A stretch of 64,000 nt of DNA from Dendrobates tinctorius (taxonomy: Eukaryota): contig NW_027361806.1 of assembly GCF_039654945.1 (NCBI RefSeq), positions 21,824,001-21,888,000 on the forward strand. Direction: 5' to 3'. Positions 25,467-64,000 of this stretch are shown piece after piece; within the stretch, counting starts at the first letter, position 1; each line of letters begins with the position of its first letter. The translations under genes and the position numbers were made by a program. The notes beneath the pieces are model-generated. The model was not told the origin of the DNA. It made no database searches and worked only from the letters and a program-made list of their open reading frames with translations.

Positions 25467-26763
25467 TGCAGAAGTAACAGGACTAAGGAAGTTCCTGGAC
25501 CCCATTCCAAATCAGGGCCCATAACCATAAGAACACATTTTTGCAGAAACTCTTGCAACTGTTTATCAGCTCCAAACAGCCAGTGTAGTTTTATAGAGAA
25601 GCAGATGGATTTCTGCACTTCCCATTCAGATAAATGGGACAGTGGTGGAATTTGTCTACAAATCTGCTGCATTGGGGTCCGTGTTTAGGCATGGCAGGGC
25701 CCCCTGGAAACTGGACCACTTTTGTTGGGAGTCTCCTGTGCAATAAGGAAGATGTGGTGAGTACGGGGGAAGTTGAGGCTGAAGTATCGGGCGGCGCTGT
25801 TAGGAAATATAGATGTTAAAGTCACATTCACACATCAGTTCTTCATGGAATGATTTTCCTCTGTGTTTGCTCCGGGTATCAACATCTTTTTTTTTGTATG
25901 AGAAAAAAAAAAAATCTGGTGCGAGTTTCCCAAGCTTCTGCCAGCATTAGCCTGAATTCAGATGTCGGAGTATGATGAGAACGGACCGCGATGCTCGGAC
26001 CGGCCGCAGGGTCTCCAGACACAAGTGTGACAATGTCATAGCCAAGTGATAAGCTGTCAAGTTTGAGTCATTTTTTATGTGGACTTATTCACTTAAAGTT
26101 ATCCCCCAGGCAGAGGACAGAGGGTAACTTGCCGATCCCATGATTGAGTCTCTGCAGCAGCGGATGTGCGCATGCTCGGCCTCTGCGTCATTCATTGTCT
26201 ATGTAACTGCACCGCTCAGTTATTTCTGGCAATCCCACAGACAATGAATGAAGCAGAGGTCGTACACACGCACATCGGCTCCATTTAAGACTGGGTTCCC
26301 GGGTCCCGATCTTGGGATCGCTGGTGGTCCAAACACTCAATCCTATTCCTAGGAGATAACTTGATTTCTTTTTTTTTTTTAAATAGGTGGATTCGGTCTA
26401 CAAATTGGACATGTCTCCTTCACTCCTCAAAAAGAAATCCAACATGTGAAAAAGCCGAATAATGTGTCACCGAGCTGTTCGTTAAAACAGTTAGCACATG
26501 TACTGTGTGAACGGGGCCTAACACGGGCAACAGTCTCCCCTCAGGACGAAAACGCAGAGGATTTTCTCTGTGGATTTTTACATGGGAGATCCACAGTGTG
26601 TGACAAGAGCAGCTTGTAATCTAGATAGTCACAAAGTATCACCGAGGCGCTGCAGCGATCGATGCTCAGCAGGACAGGCTATGCTGCGGGACTCATTGTG
26701 GATTTCATCATGTGAAGAGTGAAATGTGAAGCAAAGTCGCAGCTTGTGAGGACGGGACCCTCA

Positions 26764-27123
26764 GGGGTGTGCACACGTTGCAGATTCTGCTGCGGAAATT
26801 TTCATGCGAATTTGTCCAAATCCGCAGGTAAATCCGTAGGTCAAAAGATCTGCGGCTCAGCCTGCGGTTTCCCCCTGCGGTTTGACACCTGTACAATAGA
26901 GCAGGTATCAAACCGCTGCGGATTCCGCACAAAGAATTGACATGCTGCGGATTTAAAACCGCAAAACAGCAAATCCGCTTGGAGAAATCCGCAGCATGTG
27001 CACTGTGTTTTTCATTTTCCATTGAAAATAAAGGTACTGTACAACGCAGGAGAAACTGCTGGGGATCTGCAGGGCCAAATCCGCTGCGAACCGCAGCAGA
27101 ATCCACAACGTGTGCACACACCC
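26764..27123. mobile_element. Palindromic PIF/Harbinger-type MITE
   Basis: GGGGTGTGCACACGTTG...CAACGTGTGCACACACCC flanked by TCA/TTA, with internal CCGCAG/TGCGG repeats. Confidence 0.7.
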
Positions 27124-28238
27124 TTAAAATGTTCCTGTCACTAGTCATGAATATGTAATTATTTTTACCCGGTGTAAACGCCGCTGTTCTCCTGAATCGG
27201 GCGACGGTTTTCTTTTGTTCCCGCTCCTCTCCGTTCCCGAGACATTGACCGTTCCTACTTGTATATAAAGATAACCCTTTCAGCCAAGTGGGAACATAGC
27301 CTCAAACTTGCAGGAAAAACGCGACGTGTGAACAGAGCTGAACCATGACCTGGGGTTGGCATTTCATCAGACTTTATAGGGAACCTGACAGGCGATACAA
27401 GGTGCGAAAACCGCGCCTCATCCGCATTCTCCACTTTTGTGGCTATTTTTTGGTAGCATGATCTATGGCTGCTATGCCTTTTTTTAAATAGATAAATTAC
27501 AATGTCTTTATAGAACTTGAAAAACAACATAAAAAAGGTTAATTAAAAAAAAACACCTCACCCTCCCCAGGTCCGGCGCTGACTTTCTGCTGCTGCCCCT
27601 GGTGTTTGTTATTGTCAGCAGCGCTGGCCTCAGGTTCACAGCACTGCAGACAATTACTGAGCTCAGCGATTGGCTACACAGCTATGGGACGTCAGCGCTG
27701 CAGACAATCACTGACATCGGAATCAGCGGCAGAGAGCAAACAAAACTATTTTATATCGGCCCCTCTCCCAGTGAAAAATAACAAGACGTACAATCTATAG
27801 ACGTGTGTCATCTCTCTAGCTGAAAACATCCGATCAAACTATAAATTATTTAACCGCTACGATAAACTCATAAAGCAAAAAAAAAAAAATCAAAATTCCA
27901 GAAAAGTTTTTGTAGCAAAAAGTGATTGAACCTCTCATTTACCCTCCACCAAGGGGTGAAGCTGCTCTCTCCTCTCCGCAGACACTGAGTGCAGGAGCCT
28001 GAGCGCCGCGGACCCGCCCCGACTACAGCAGAAGACATACAGCTCGTTTCCTGCGCATGCGCATCGTAGCCCCTGCCCTCCTGACCTATCAGACGAGAGA
28101 GCAACTGAAAGCCACTCCCCTTCGTCCTGATTGGCGCAGAGTTGTCACGTGATACAAGATATCTTTCTGGATTTGGCCCCGGTTTGGCGACGTCATCAAA
28201 CGACTTTCAGCGGTCGGTGGCGCTCGGAGGCTGCTGTC

Positions 28239-46330
<18,092 letters not shown>

Positions 46331-46567
46331 ACAATCTGCTCCCTCCACTCTGGACAGTTCTTCACCCCCGGCCTTAGTAATAATCTTGGTTTCTGCACAC
46401 TGCAGGAGTTTCTATCACTTTGTACTTTCAGACTGGCTGCAGACCATTCTTGATTGTATCTGTAGGTTTTATAATGTTATGCACATTGAGAAGATGTAGC
46501 CTCTTAATGTCATAACATCAGAAATGCACATGAAAATGCAAATATTTATCCATGCAAAAATTGTAAA

Positions 46568-46573
46568 AATAAA
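46568..46573 (+). other. acadm polyadenylation signal
   Basis: AATAAA about 240 nt after the stop codon, followed by a T-rich tract. Confidence 0.65.
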
Positions 46574-48042
46574 AGTCTCTAAAAACTGATATTCAAGATT
46601 TTTTTTTTTTCATTTGGAGGAAAAAAGTTTAACCCCCCCCCTCCTTGTTCTATAGAAAAATACATGTGAACTTCTTGTAATAATGCAGATTACATTTGCC
46701 TGGACCAGCTGCTGGCAAAAGGTGTCCTGTAAAGAATCGAAGGCCTCAAATTATTTCATCCCCTGTATGTAAGAAATCTGTGAGCTGCGCCAAAGGGACT
46801 TTATCTCCATAGACCCCATTCATCGTGATGGTCGGAGATCGCTGACTCTACCAATGTGGCCTCATCGTTTGCGTCTTTAATGTATCACAGCTTATTTTGG
46901 TGAATTTCTCCTTTAAGCATTGTGTTCAGAGCAGTTAACAAATATAAGAAGTGTCATTACTTTATTCTGCAGTAAAGTACAACCCCCAGTGTCCTCTGCA
47001 CCCTCATACCGGTAGTAAGCAGAGTGTAGTGATAATTATGTCTGCGGGTCTCCCCTGTAGTCACTACTGAAGACAGACATCACATAAGAGGGGACTCTGG
47101 GCTTCTCTTATGATAAGTGCATTTTTTAATAAAGAAGGAAATAAGAGCCAACGACAGACACATTTATAAAAGATAATCCCATCGTTAGAAGTAGGTGATA
47201 ACACGCTGATCAGTGGGGTCTGACCACAGGGACACCTAAGAGTGTGTGCACAGGATCAATATTTGCTGCAGAAAATCTGTTGAAAATACTGGAAACATAG
47301 GTATAGGCTTTTTTGTGGGTTCCCTCCCATTCATTTGAATAGGTGAAAAACACTGTAAAAATGCAGAAAGAATTAACTTTATGCAGATATGAAAACTGCT
47401 TCAAATCTGCCAGCAAAACATAACCAATGTGTACAGGAGACTTCAGGAGTATCATTAACTTTGCTGGTACAGTAAAGTGCTGCATTATTATTATTATTAT
47501 TATTATTTATTTATTTTTATTTTTTTTGCGGCAGGAACGCAACATGTGAACTTATCCTACCAGTCCACAAAATGAGGTTCTGAAGTGCCCTGTCTGAATG
47601 GAGTGGAGGTCAGACATGCCCACAACTGCTCCATTCATTCTCTATGGGGCTGCTAAAATACCACAAGTGCTGTACTCTGCCACCTCTTACCATCCCATAG
47701 AGAATGAGTGAATGAAGTGGTGAGCAAGTCCGGCCATGGCTCCATTTAGTCTGCTTACATGTGGATTTTTGTGGTCCTAGTTTGGACCCCCTCAAATCAG
47801 CAAATCGTCAGCTATGGATAGGTGATAACTTTTAGAGATAGGAAAAACTCTTCATTGAACCCTGATGTCCAAATGATTTAAAAAAAAAAAAAAAAGCATC
47901 AAATCTACTGCGGCCCCTGTAATTTCTGCTGTGAATTTTCAGTATGACACGTCCTGGATCAGCTCATGGATATAGCACCATCTAATGAAGTAAATCCATT
48001 CTGTGCAGCTACTCAGTACAGTTTCTGCAGCGAGAATGTCAG

Positions 48043-48680
48043 TGTCACGACTCTGTTGTTGGATGACCAGGGGCTAGTTCCCTGTCCCTAACCCTACGGG
48101 AACCCTAGCTCGCCCTGTTTCCCAGATTACTTCTGATGGTGAAGAGTCCAGGGCCACGTATCTTGCCTTAGCACCTGAATCCACCCTCAGTCTGTACTCT
48201 TCCCCCACCAGGGAAGAGCGAGGTAGTAGTGTACCCTAATACACCAACCAGACCAATTCGAACAGGGATATGGGAAAATGGCAATCATAAAAATATACAC
48301 ACCATAAACAATAGAGGTATGCATCAGGGAATGGAGGATGGGGTAATACCAAACTACAAGAAGACGGAATTATCACACACTCAAAACCAAGCAACAGTCA
48401 CAGACAAATCCACCAAACGCCTTCTTCAATAACAACCAACAACCACCTCTAGCCAGGCAGCATAAGCTATTCTCTGATAATGAGTGCTAGCGAGGGCCCA
48501 GATTATAGAGGCGATGGAGTGGCTAACAGTGAACAGCTGAAAGCCTTAATGCAGGAAAGCCTCCAGAAGCTCTCAACTGAGACGATTAACCTCTGCACTG
48601 CTAAAAGAAACTTGCACCGTTTAATATAAAGGTTAAATGCTTCTAAACAGTGCAGGAGCGGTCTTCTCAGTCATGTGATA
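48043..48680. mobile_element. Solo LTR (638 bp) with a 5-bp TSD
   Basis: TGTCAC...GTGATA (decayed GTGACA), flanked by GTCAG at 48038-48042 and 48681-48685. Confidence 0.75.
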
Positions 48681-49021
48681 GTCAGATCTTTTCTTAAATT
48701 CCTGAATGTGGTTTCAAACACTTGCTAGTAGTAAATGGAGCCGGATCACTATAGCATGGATTCCTATTGACACAGATGGAAAGGCCAGCGAACTGACTGG
48801 AGAGACTCTAGATCCCTGACCACAACTATGAGACCTGTAGACACAGGCTACTGCTCTGGCACATTGCAAAGGACCAATAGGTCATGTTCACGGGCAACGA
48901 GAGGAAAAAATTGACCTCTCTTGGAGTCGGAGAGTGACAATGTGGGTGGAAAGTGATTATTGCACCATAAACCTACAGGAAAAAAAAGAGGACGGTGGCT
49001 GATTGCTGTTTGTTTTCTCAT

Positions 49022-51996
49022 CCCGGCTGTCATTATGGAGGCTCGGTCACTGTGGCTGTCATTATGAAGGCTCAGTCACTGTGGGGAGCAACCTGGTCAT
49101 TATGGAGCCTCAATCACTGAAAGAGGCACTCTGGCTGTCATTATGGAGGCTCGGGCACTGTGGGGGCACCCTGGCTGTCATTAATGAGGCTCAGTCACTG
49201 TGGGGGCTCCCTGGCTGTCATTAATGAGGCTCAGTCACTGTGGGGGCTCCCTGGCTGTCATTAATGAGGCTCGGTCACTGTGGGGGCTCCCTGGCTGTCA
49301 TTAATGAGGCTCGGTCACTGTGGGGGCTCCCTGGCTGTCATTAATGAGGCGCGGTCACTGTGGGGGCTCCCTGGCTGTCATTAATGAGGCTCGGTCACTG
49401 TGGGGGCTCCCTGGCTGTCATTATGGAGGCTCGGTCACTGTGGGGGCAGCCCGGCTGTCATTATGGAGGCTCGGTCACTGTGGGGGCAGCCCGGCTGTCA
49501 TTATGGAGGCTCGGTCACTGTGGGGGCACCGTGGCTGTCATTATGGAGGCTCTGTTACTGTGGGGGCACCCCGGCTGTCATTATGGAGGCTCAGTCACTG
49601 TTGGGGCACCGTGGCTATCATTATTGAGGCTCAGTCACTGTGGGGGCATCCCGGCTATCATTATGGAGGCTCAGTCACTGTAGGGGCACCGTGGCTATCA
49701 TTATGGAGGCTCAGTCACTGTAGGGGCACCGTGGCTATCATTATTGAGGCTCAGTCACTGTGGGGGCATCCCGGCTGTGATTATTGAGGTTCAGTCACTG
49801 TGGGGGCACCTTGGCTATCATTGTGGAGGCTCAGTCACTGTGGGGGCACCCCGGCTGTCATTATGGAGGCTCGATCACTGTTGGGGCCAGCCCTGCTGTC
49901 ATTATTGAGGCTCAGTCACTGTGGGGGCACCTCGGCTGTCATTATGGAGGCTCAGTCACTGTGGGGGCATCCCGGCTGTGATTATTGAGGTTCAGTCACT
50001 GTGGGGGCACCTTGGCTGTCATTGTAGAGGCTCAGTCACTGTGGGGGCACCCCGGCTGTCATTATGGAGGCTCGATCACTGTGGGGGCATCCCGGCTGTC
50101 ATTAATGAGGCTCAGTCACTGTGGGGGCATCCCGGCTGTCATTATTGAGGCTCGGTCACTGTGGGGGCTCTCTGGCTGTAATTATTGAGGCTCGGTCACT
50201 GTGGGGGCTCCCTGGCTGTCATTAATGAGGCTCGGTCACTGTGGGGGCTCCCTGGCTGTCATTAATGAGGCTCGGTCACTGTGGGGGCTCCCTGGCTGTC
50301 ATTAATGAGGCTCAGTCACTGTGGGGGCTCCCTGGCTGTCATTAATGAGGCTCAGTCACTGTGGGGGCTCCCTGGCTGTCATTAATGAGGCTCAGTCACT
50401 GTGGGGGCTCCCTGGCTGTCATTAATGAGGCTCAGTCACTGTGGGGGCTCCCTGGCTGTCATTAATGAGGCTCGGTCACTGTGGGGGCTCCCTGGCTGTC
50501 ATTAATGAGGCTCGGTCACTGTGGGGGCTCCCTGGCTGTCATTAATGAGGCTCGGTCACTGTGGGGGCTCCCTGGCTGTCATTAATGAGGCTCGGTCACT
50601 GTGGGGGCTCCCTGGCTGTCATTAATGAGGCTCGGTCACTGTGGGGGCTCCCTGGCTGTCATTAATGAGGCTCGGTCACTGTGGGGGCTCCCTGGCTGTC
50701 ATTAATGAGGCTCGGTCACTGTGGGGGCTCCCTGGCTGTCATTAATGAGGCTCGGTCACTGTGGGGGCTCCCTGGCTGTCATTAATGAGGCTCGGTCACT
50801 GTGGGGGCTCCCTGGCTGTCATTAATGAGGCTCGGTCACTGTGGGGGCTCCCTGGCTGTCATTATGGAGGCTCGGTCACTGTGGGGGCACCGTGGCTGTC
50901 ATTATGGAGGCTCTGTTACTGTGGGGGCACCCCGGCTGTCATTATGGAGGCTCGGTCACTGTGGGGGCTCCCCGCCTGTCATTATGGAGGCTCGGTCACT
51001 GTGGGGGCACCTCGGCTGTCATTATGGAGGCTCTGTTACTGTGGGGGCACCCCGGCTGTCATTATGGAGGCTCGGTCACTGTGGGGGCACCCCGGCTGTC
51101 ATTATGGAGGCTCGGTCACTGTGGGGGCTCCCCGCCTGTCATTATGGAGGCTCGGTCACTGTGGGGGCACCTCGGCTGTCATTATGGAGGCTCTGTTACT
51201 GTGGGGGCACCCCGGCTGTCATTATGGAGGCTCGGTCACTGTGGGGGCACCTCGCCTGTCATTATGGAGGCTCGGTCACTGTGGGGGCACCTCGCCTGTC
51301 ATTATGGAGGCTCTGTTACTGTGGGGGCACCCCGGCTGTCATTATGGAGGCTCTGTTACTGTGGGGGCACCCCGGCTGTCATTATGGAGGCTCAGTCACT
51401 GTGGGGGCTCCCCGCCTGTCATTATGGAGGCTCAGACACGGTGGGGGCACCCCGGCTGTCATTATGGAGGCTCGGTCACTGTGGGGGCACCCCGGCTGTC
51501 ATTATGGAGGCTCGGTCACTGTGGGGGCACCTCGCCTGTCATTATGGAGGCTCTGTTACTGTGGGGGCACCCCGGCTGTCATTATGGAGGCTCTGTTACT
51601 GTGGGGGAACCCCGGCTGTCATTATGGAGGCTCAGTCACTGTGGGGGCTCCCCGCCTGTCATTATGGAGGCTCAGACACGGTGGGGGCACCCCGGCTGTC
51701 ATTATGGAGGCTCGGTCACTGTGGGGGCACCCCGGCTGTCATTATGGAGGCTCGGTCACTGTGGGGGCACCTCGCCTGTCATTATGGAGGCTCTGTTACT
51801 GTGGGGGCACCCCGGCTGTCATTATGGAGGCTCTGTTACTGTGGGGGAACCCCGGCTGTCATTATGGAGGCTCAGTCACTGTGGGGGCTCCCCGCCTGTC
51901 ATTATGGAGGCTCAGACACGGTGGGGGCACCCCGGCTGTCATTATGGAGGCTCGGTCACTGTGGGGGCACCCCGTCTGTGATTATGGAGGCTCAGT
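49022..51996. repeat. 40-bp G-rich minisatellite (about 74 units) immediately upstream of the rabggtb promoter
   Basis: Unit GTGGGGGCACCCCGGCTGTCATTATGGAGGCTCGGTCACT, with a homogenised block at about 50180-50840 and a 240-bp higher-order repeat at the 3' end. Confidence 0.97.
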
Positions 51997-52355
51997 CTCC
52001 CTGGTTGATCATGGGTGTGACCGGATCATCATTTTAGGGTCACTGAATTGAGGATAGCAGGTATTCTATGACACTTCTATTTATGTGGCAATCATTCATG
52101 ATACAGCAGGACAGGCATCACACAAGACACCCCTAATAAGTCCCTGCTAGGACCGGGCAAGTGATGACAGACGGGGGCCTCTCTGAGGGGAGCTGTCCTC
52201 GCACTGCCGGCGCTGATCACGTGCGCCGCGGCCAGTATAGCTCCACAGTGTGCGCGGACAGGCAGCGGGCGGACGCCTATGTCACCTTCCTCCAATCCAC
52301 GTGCAGCAGCGGGGTCCTGGCTAGCAGTGACTGAAAAGCTCCGCCCAGGCCGGAG

Positions 52356-60043
<7,688 letters not shown>

Positions 60044-60268
60044 AACTTGCAGGAAGAGAAGCGCTGCCATGATCAGCTGCTATTGTTTCCTTGCTCTAGC
60101 ACTATAGATAGAGCGAGGGGATGGGGTCGGGAACGTTGGTCTCTGCTCATTGCAAAGCCTTTAATTTATATGTATTTCTGACTGTTTTTTAAGAGCTGCC
60201 ACAATGTTGAATTCAGTTGACTGAATGTTCTGTGTCTAAGCCTTTTACTTACTGTGTAGAGGCAGCGC

Positions 60269-60274
60269 AATAAA
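60269..60274 (+). other. rabggtb polyadenylation signal
   Basis: AATAAA about 225 nt after the TAG stop. Confidence 0.65.
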
Positions 60275-60771
60275 AGTGAACGTGCAGATGAACTGGAGAC
60301 TGGAAACCGAGCCGCCATGCTTCCAAAGCTTCTGTAATCACGCTTTATTACGTAGAGACTTGCATTGAGGGAGTAAAGGTGCCGGTGTATGGAGCAGGGC
60401 TCAGCAGCTGTGTTATACAGCCAGCATCTGCCTCTAGCAGCAGAGATCAGAGCTAGCTCCCATCACTGCTGGTTAACAACTTAAATGCATTTAAGTGTTG
60501 CAATTTGTGAGGGGTACTGATGGTTCGCTATAGCCCCGTCACTGCCATTCTGGTACAAACAGTGGTGATTAAAGAGAACGTGCAATTATGGGGCAGCAAT
60601 CAGTTACAATGGCAGCCGGGGGTCTGCTGAAGGCGCCGATGCCATCATCTTGGTCCTCCTGTTAAGCTTGGCCACTGGTTGGGCATTATGGAAGACTGTG
60701 ATTTTCTATGTGTGCTACAATACTGTGATAGTACATTAGATAGTGTAAATGGACAAATGACCGTGAGTTAA

Positions 60772-61328
60772 AGGGAATCTGTCACCTTTTTTTGGACTTG
60801 AGTTGCCGGCACCGACATCAGGGGCTTATCTACAGCATTCCGTAATGCTGTAGATAAGCCCCCGATGTAACCTGAAAGATAAGAAAAAAAGAGTTAGATT
60901 ATACTCACCCAGGGGCAGTCCGGTCCAGCGCCTCCCATCTTCATACGATGCTGTCCTCTTCTTCCCTTCCTGACGTGGCACAGGTGCTCTGCCCTGTTGA
61001 GGGCAGAGCAGAGTCCTGCAGTGTGCAGGCATCGGGAGAGGTCCAGCGCCTGCGCACTGCAGTATTCTGCTCTGCCCTCAACAGGGCAGAGGCCTGCGCC
61101 GGAGCCACGACAGGAAGGGAAGAAGAGGACGGCATCGTATGAAGATGGGAGGCGCCCGTCGGACGGCGACACCCATCGGACCGGACGCCGGGGTGAGTAT
61201 AATCTAACTCTTTTCTTTCCTTTCAGGTCACATCGGGGGCTTATCTACAGCATTACAGAATGCTGTAGATAAGCCCCTGATGTCGGTGCCGGCAGCTCAT
61301 TGTCCAAAAAAAGGGTGACAGATTCCCT
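60772..61328. mobile_element. Young Kolobok (T2-family) MITE, nearly fully palindromic
   Basis: TTAA|AGGGAATCTGTCACC...GGTGACAGATTCCCT|TTAA, with long inverted arms. Confidence 0.9.
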
Positions 61329-62028
61329 TTAAAGTCTCCTAAAGAGAATTAAAAAATAAAGTAACAAATATATTTTTCATTTCAAATTATATTTTAATTA
61401 TACTAATATTGAAATCACCCTCCTTTTACCATATTCAAAGTAAAAAAATAAACATGTGGTATCGCCACCTCTGTAAGAGTTCGGTCTATGAAAATATAAA
61501 AATAACCAGATCTGCAAACACTATAACGAGGACAAAGGATCAAAACTGCAGAATTGTGGGAGGATTTTTTTGGTCACTATTCATCCCCTTAAAAAATGCA
61601 GTAAAATTCTATCAAAATGTCACGTCTACCTTAATTTGGTATCAATAAAACCATCAGCTCTCCATGTAAAGAGTAGGCCCCCACCAGCTCGATCAGCAGA
61701 GAAATAAAAATGTTATAGGTATGGAAAAAGCGAGACGCAATGTTTTATTTTTTTACGTGGCGAAAAAAAGATTGGCATCGCCATAATGTTGCTGACCTGA
61801 AACATCATGATTGAGTGCTTGTTACTACAGAATAAATGTCGTAAAAATAAATATTGGAATTGTATTTTTCTTTTCACAATTTTTTCACACTTGTTATTTT
61901 TTGGCACATTTCAAAGTAATATGAATGGAGTTTGTCAAAAGTACAAGTCGTCCCGCAGAGAACAAGCCCTTGTACGCTCAAATGGCAATACCAATGGGGA
62001 AAAATATATATTTACGGTATAATATATA

Positions 62029-62063
<35 letters not shown>

Positions 62064-62070
62064 ATATATA

Positions 62071-63283
62071 CACTCACTGGCCACTTTATTAGGTACACCA
62101 TGCTAGTAAGGGGTTGGACCCCCTTTTGCCTTCAGAACTGCCTCAATTCTTCGTGGCAGAGATTCAACAAGGTGCTGGAAGCATTCCTTAGAGATTTTGG
62201 ACCATATTGACATGATGGCATCACACAGTTGGCGCAGATTTGTCGGCTGCACATCCCTGATGCGAATCTCCCGTTCCACCACATCCCAAAGATGCTCTAT
62301 TGGATTGAGATCTGGTGACTGAGGAGGCCATTTGAGTACAGTAAACTCATTGTCATGTTCAAGAAACCAATCTGAGATGATTCGAGCTTTATGACATGGC
62401 GCATTATCCTGCTGAAAGTAGCCATCAGATGTTGGGTACATTGTGGTCATAAAGGGATGGACATGGTCAGCAACAATACTCAGGTAGGCTGTGGCGTTGC
62501 AACGATGCTCAATTGGTACCAAGGGGCCCAAAGAGTGCGCAGAAAAAATTCCCCACACCATGACACCACCACCACCAGCCTGAACCGTTGATACAAGGCA
62601 GGATGGATCCATGCTTTCATGTTGTTTACGCCAAATTCTGACCCTACCATCCGAATGTCGCAGCAGAAATCGAGACTCATCAGACCAGGCAACGTTTTTC
62701 CAATCTTCTACTGTCCAATTTCGATGAGCTTGTGCAAATTGTAGCCTCAGTTTCCTGTTCTTAGCTGAGAGGAGTGGTACCCAGTGTGGTCTTCTGCTGC
62801 TGTAGCCCATCTGCCTCAAAGTTCGACGCACTGTGCGTTCAGAGATGCTCTTCTGCCTACCTTGGTTGTAACGGGTGGCAATTTGAGTCACTGTTGCCTT
62901 TCTATCAGCTCGAACCAGTCTGCCCATTCTCCTCTGACCTCTGGCATCAACATGGCATTTCCGGCCACAGAACTGCCGCTCACTGGATTTTTTTTCTTTT
63001 TCGGACCATTCTCTGTAAACCCTAGAGATGGTTGTGCGTGAAAATCCCAGTAGATCAGCAGTTTCTGAAATTCTCAGACCAGCCCTTCTGGCACCAACAA
63101 TCATGCCACGTTCAAAGGCGCTCAAATCACCTTTCTTCCCCATACTGATGCTCGGTTTGAACTGCAGGAGATTGTCTTGACCATGTCTACATGCCTAAAT
63201 GCACTGAGTTGCCGCCATGTGATTGGCTGATTAGAAATTAAGTCTTAACACACAGTTGGACAGGTGTACCTAATAAAGTGGCC
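62071..63283 (-). mobile_element. Tc1/mariner DD36E (Incomer-type) transposon, about 1.2 kb with short TIRs
   Basis: TIR CACTCACTGGCCACTTTATTAGGTACACC within (TA)n; the other TIR is truncated at 63283; intact transposase ORF. Confidence 0.93.
62103..63143 (-). CDS. DD36E Tc1 transposase, 346 aa, intact
   Basis: Paired-like HTH, WSDESRF, and FQQDNAPCH...SPDLNPIE with 36 residues between D2 and E. Confidence 0.92.
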   Translation of the reverse strand: MGKKGDLSAFERGMIVGARRAGLRISETADLLGFSRTTISRVYREWSEKEKKSSERQFCGRKCHVDARGQRRMGRLVRADRKATVTQIATRYNQGRQKSISERTVRRTLRQMGYSSRRPHWVPLLSAKNRKLRLQFAQAHRNWTVEDWKNVAWSDESRFLLRHSDGRVRIWRKQHESMDPSCLVSTVQAGGGGVMVWGIFSAHSLGPLVPIEHRCNATAYLSIVADHVHPFMTTMYPTSDGYFQQDNAPCHKARIISDWFLEHDNEFTVLKWPPQSPDLNPIEHLWDVVEREIRIRDVQPTNLRQLCDAIMSIWSKISKECFQHLVESLPRRIEAVLKAKGGPTPY

Positions 63284-63303
63284 TAATAAAGTATATATAT
63301 ATA

Positions 63304-64000
63304 CACTCACTGGCCACTTTATTAGGTACACCTGTCCAACTGTGTGTTAAGACTTAATTTCTAATCAGCCAATCACATGGCGGCAACTCAGTGCATTTAG
63401 GCATGTAGACATGGTCAAGACAATCTCCTGCAGTTCAAACCGAGCATCAGTATGGGGAAGAAAGGTGATTTGAGTGCCTTTGAACGTGGCATGATTGTTG
63501 GTGCCAGAAGGGCTGGTCTGAGTATTTCAGAAACTGCTGATCTACTGGGATTTTCACGCACAACCATCTCTAGGGTTTACAGAGAATGGTCCGAAAAAGA
63601 AAAAAAATCCAGTGAGCGGCAGTTCTGTGGCCGGAAATGCCTTGTTGATGCCAGAGGTCAGAGGAGAATGGGCATACTGGTTCGAGCTGATAGAAAGGCA
63701 ACAGTGACTCAAATTGCCACCCGTTACAACCAAGGTAGGCAGAAGAGCATCTCTGAACGCACAGTGCGTCGAACTTTGAGGCAGATGGGCTACAGCAGCA
63801 GAAGACCACACTGGGTACCACTCCTATCAGCTAAGAACAGGCATCTGATGGCTACTTTCAGCAGGATAATGCGCCATGTCATAAAGCTCGAATCATCTCA
63901 GATTGGTTTCTTGAACATGACAATGAGTTCACTGTACTCAAATGGCCTCCTCAGTCACCAGATCTCAATCCAATAGAGCATCTTTGGGATGTGGTGGAAC
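63304..64000 (+). mobile_element. Second DD36E copy in inverted orientation with a 322-bp internal deletion; runs off the window
   Basis: Near-identical to the first copy. The junction AAGAACAGG|CATCTGATGG at about 63841 removes the first catalytic Asp and shifts the frame. Confidence 0.92.

Noticed and set aside
1-27900. slc44a5 exons expected upstream of acadm by synteny
   Set aside because: No recognisable choline-transporter-like coding sequence was found in this window.
50761-52051. Three overlapping ORFs of about 400 aa
   Set aside because: Artefact of a stop-free 40-bp tandem unit cycling through all frames; no domain or splice support.

Overview
Vertebrate genomic DNA, inferred from the repeat repertoire to be a frog (probably a hyloid, e.g. 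poison frog or toad). It carries two complete + strand host genes in the conserved vertebrate order: acadm (medium-chain acyl-CoA dehydrogenase, 12 exons, 28239-46330, 423 aa) and rabggtb (Rab geranylgeranyltransferase beta, 9 exons, 52356-60043, 331 aa). The rest is dense mobile and repetitive DNA. This includes a Tc1 (DD34E) inactivated by a solo LTR, four near-identical CR1 3' fragments, an apparently full-length single-ORF L2 LINE, V-SINEs, a Gypsy remnant, a non-autonomous Helitron, Harbinger/Kolobok/piggyBac/hAT-type MITEs, an intact DD36E (Incomer-type) Tc1 with an inverted defective twin, and four large tandem arrays (about 32, 86, 57 and 40 bp units). Most ORFs in the supplied track are repeat artefacts. 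The most notable observations are: (1) a 57-bp minisatellite that is in effect about 36 co-oriented CTCF-like motifs, 7.5 kb upstream of acadm; (2) a 2A-like ribosome-skip peptide ([15 protein letters not shown]) behind a hydrophobic leader in the intact L2 ORF; (3) a minimal hammerhead ribozyme in a palindromic Penelope-type insertion, sense to acadm intron 6, plus core-variant relatives; (4) no recognisable SNORD45 in the rabggtb introns.
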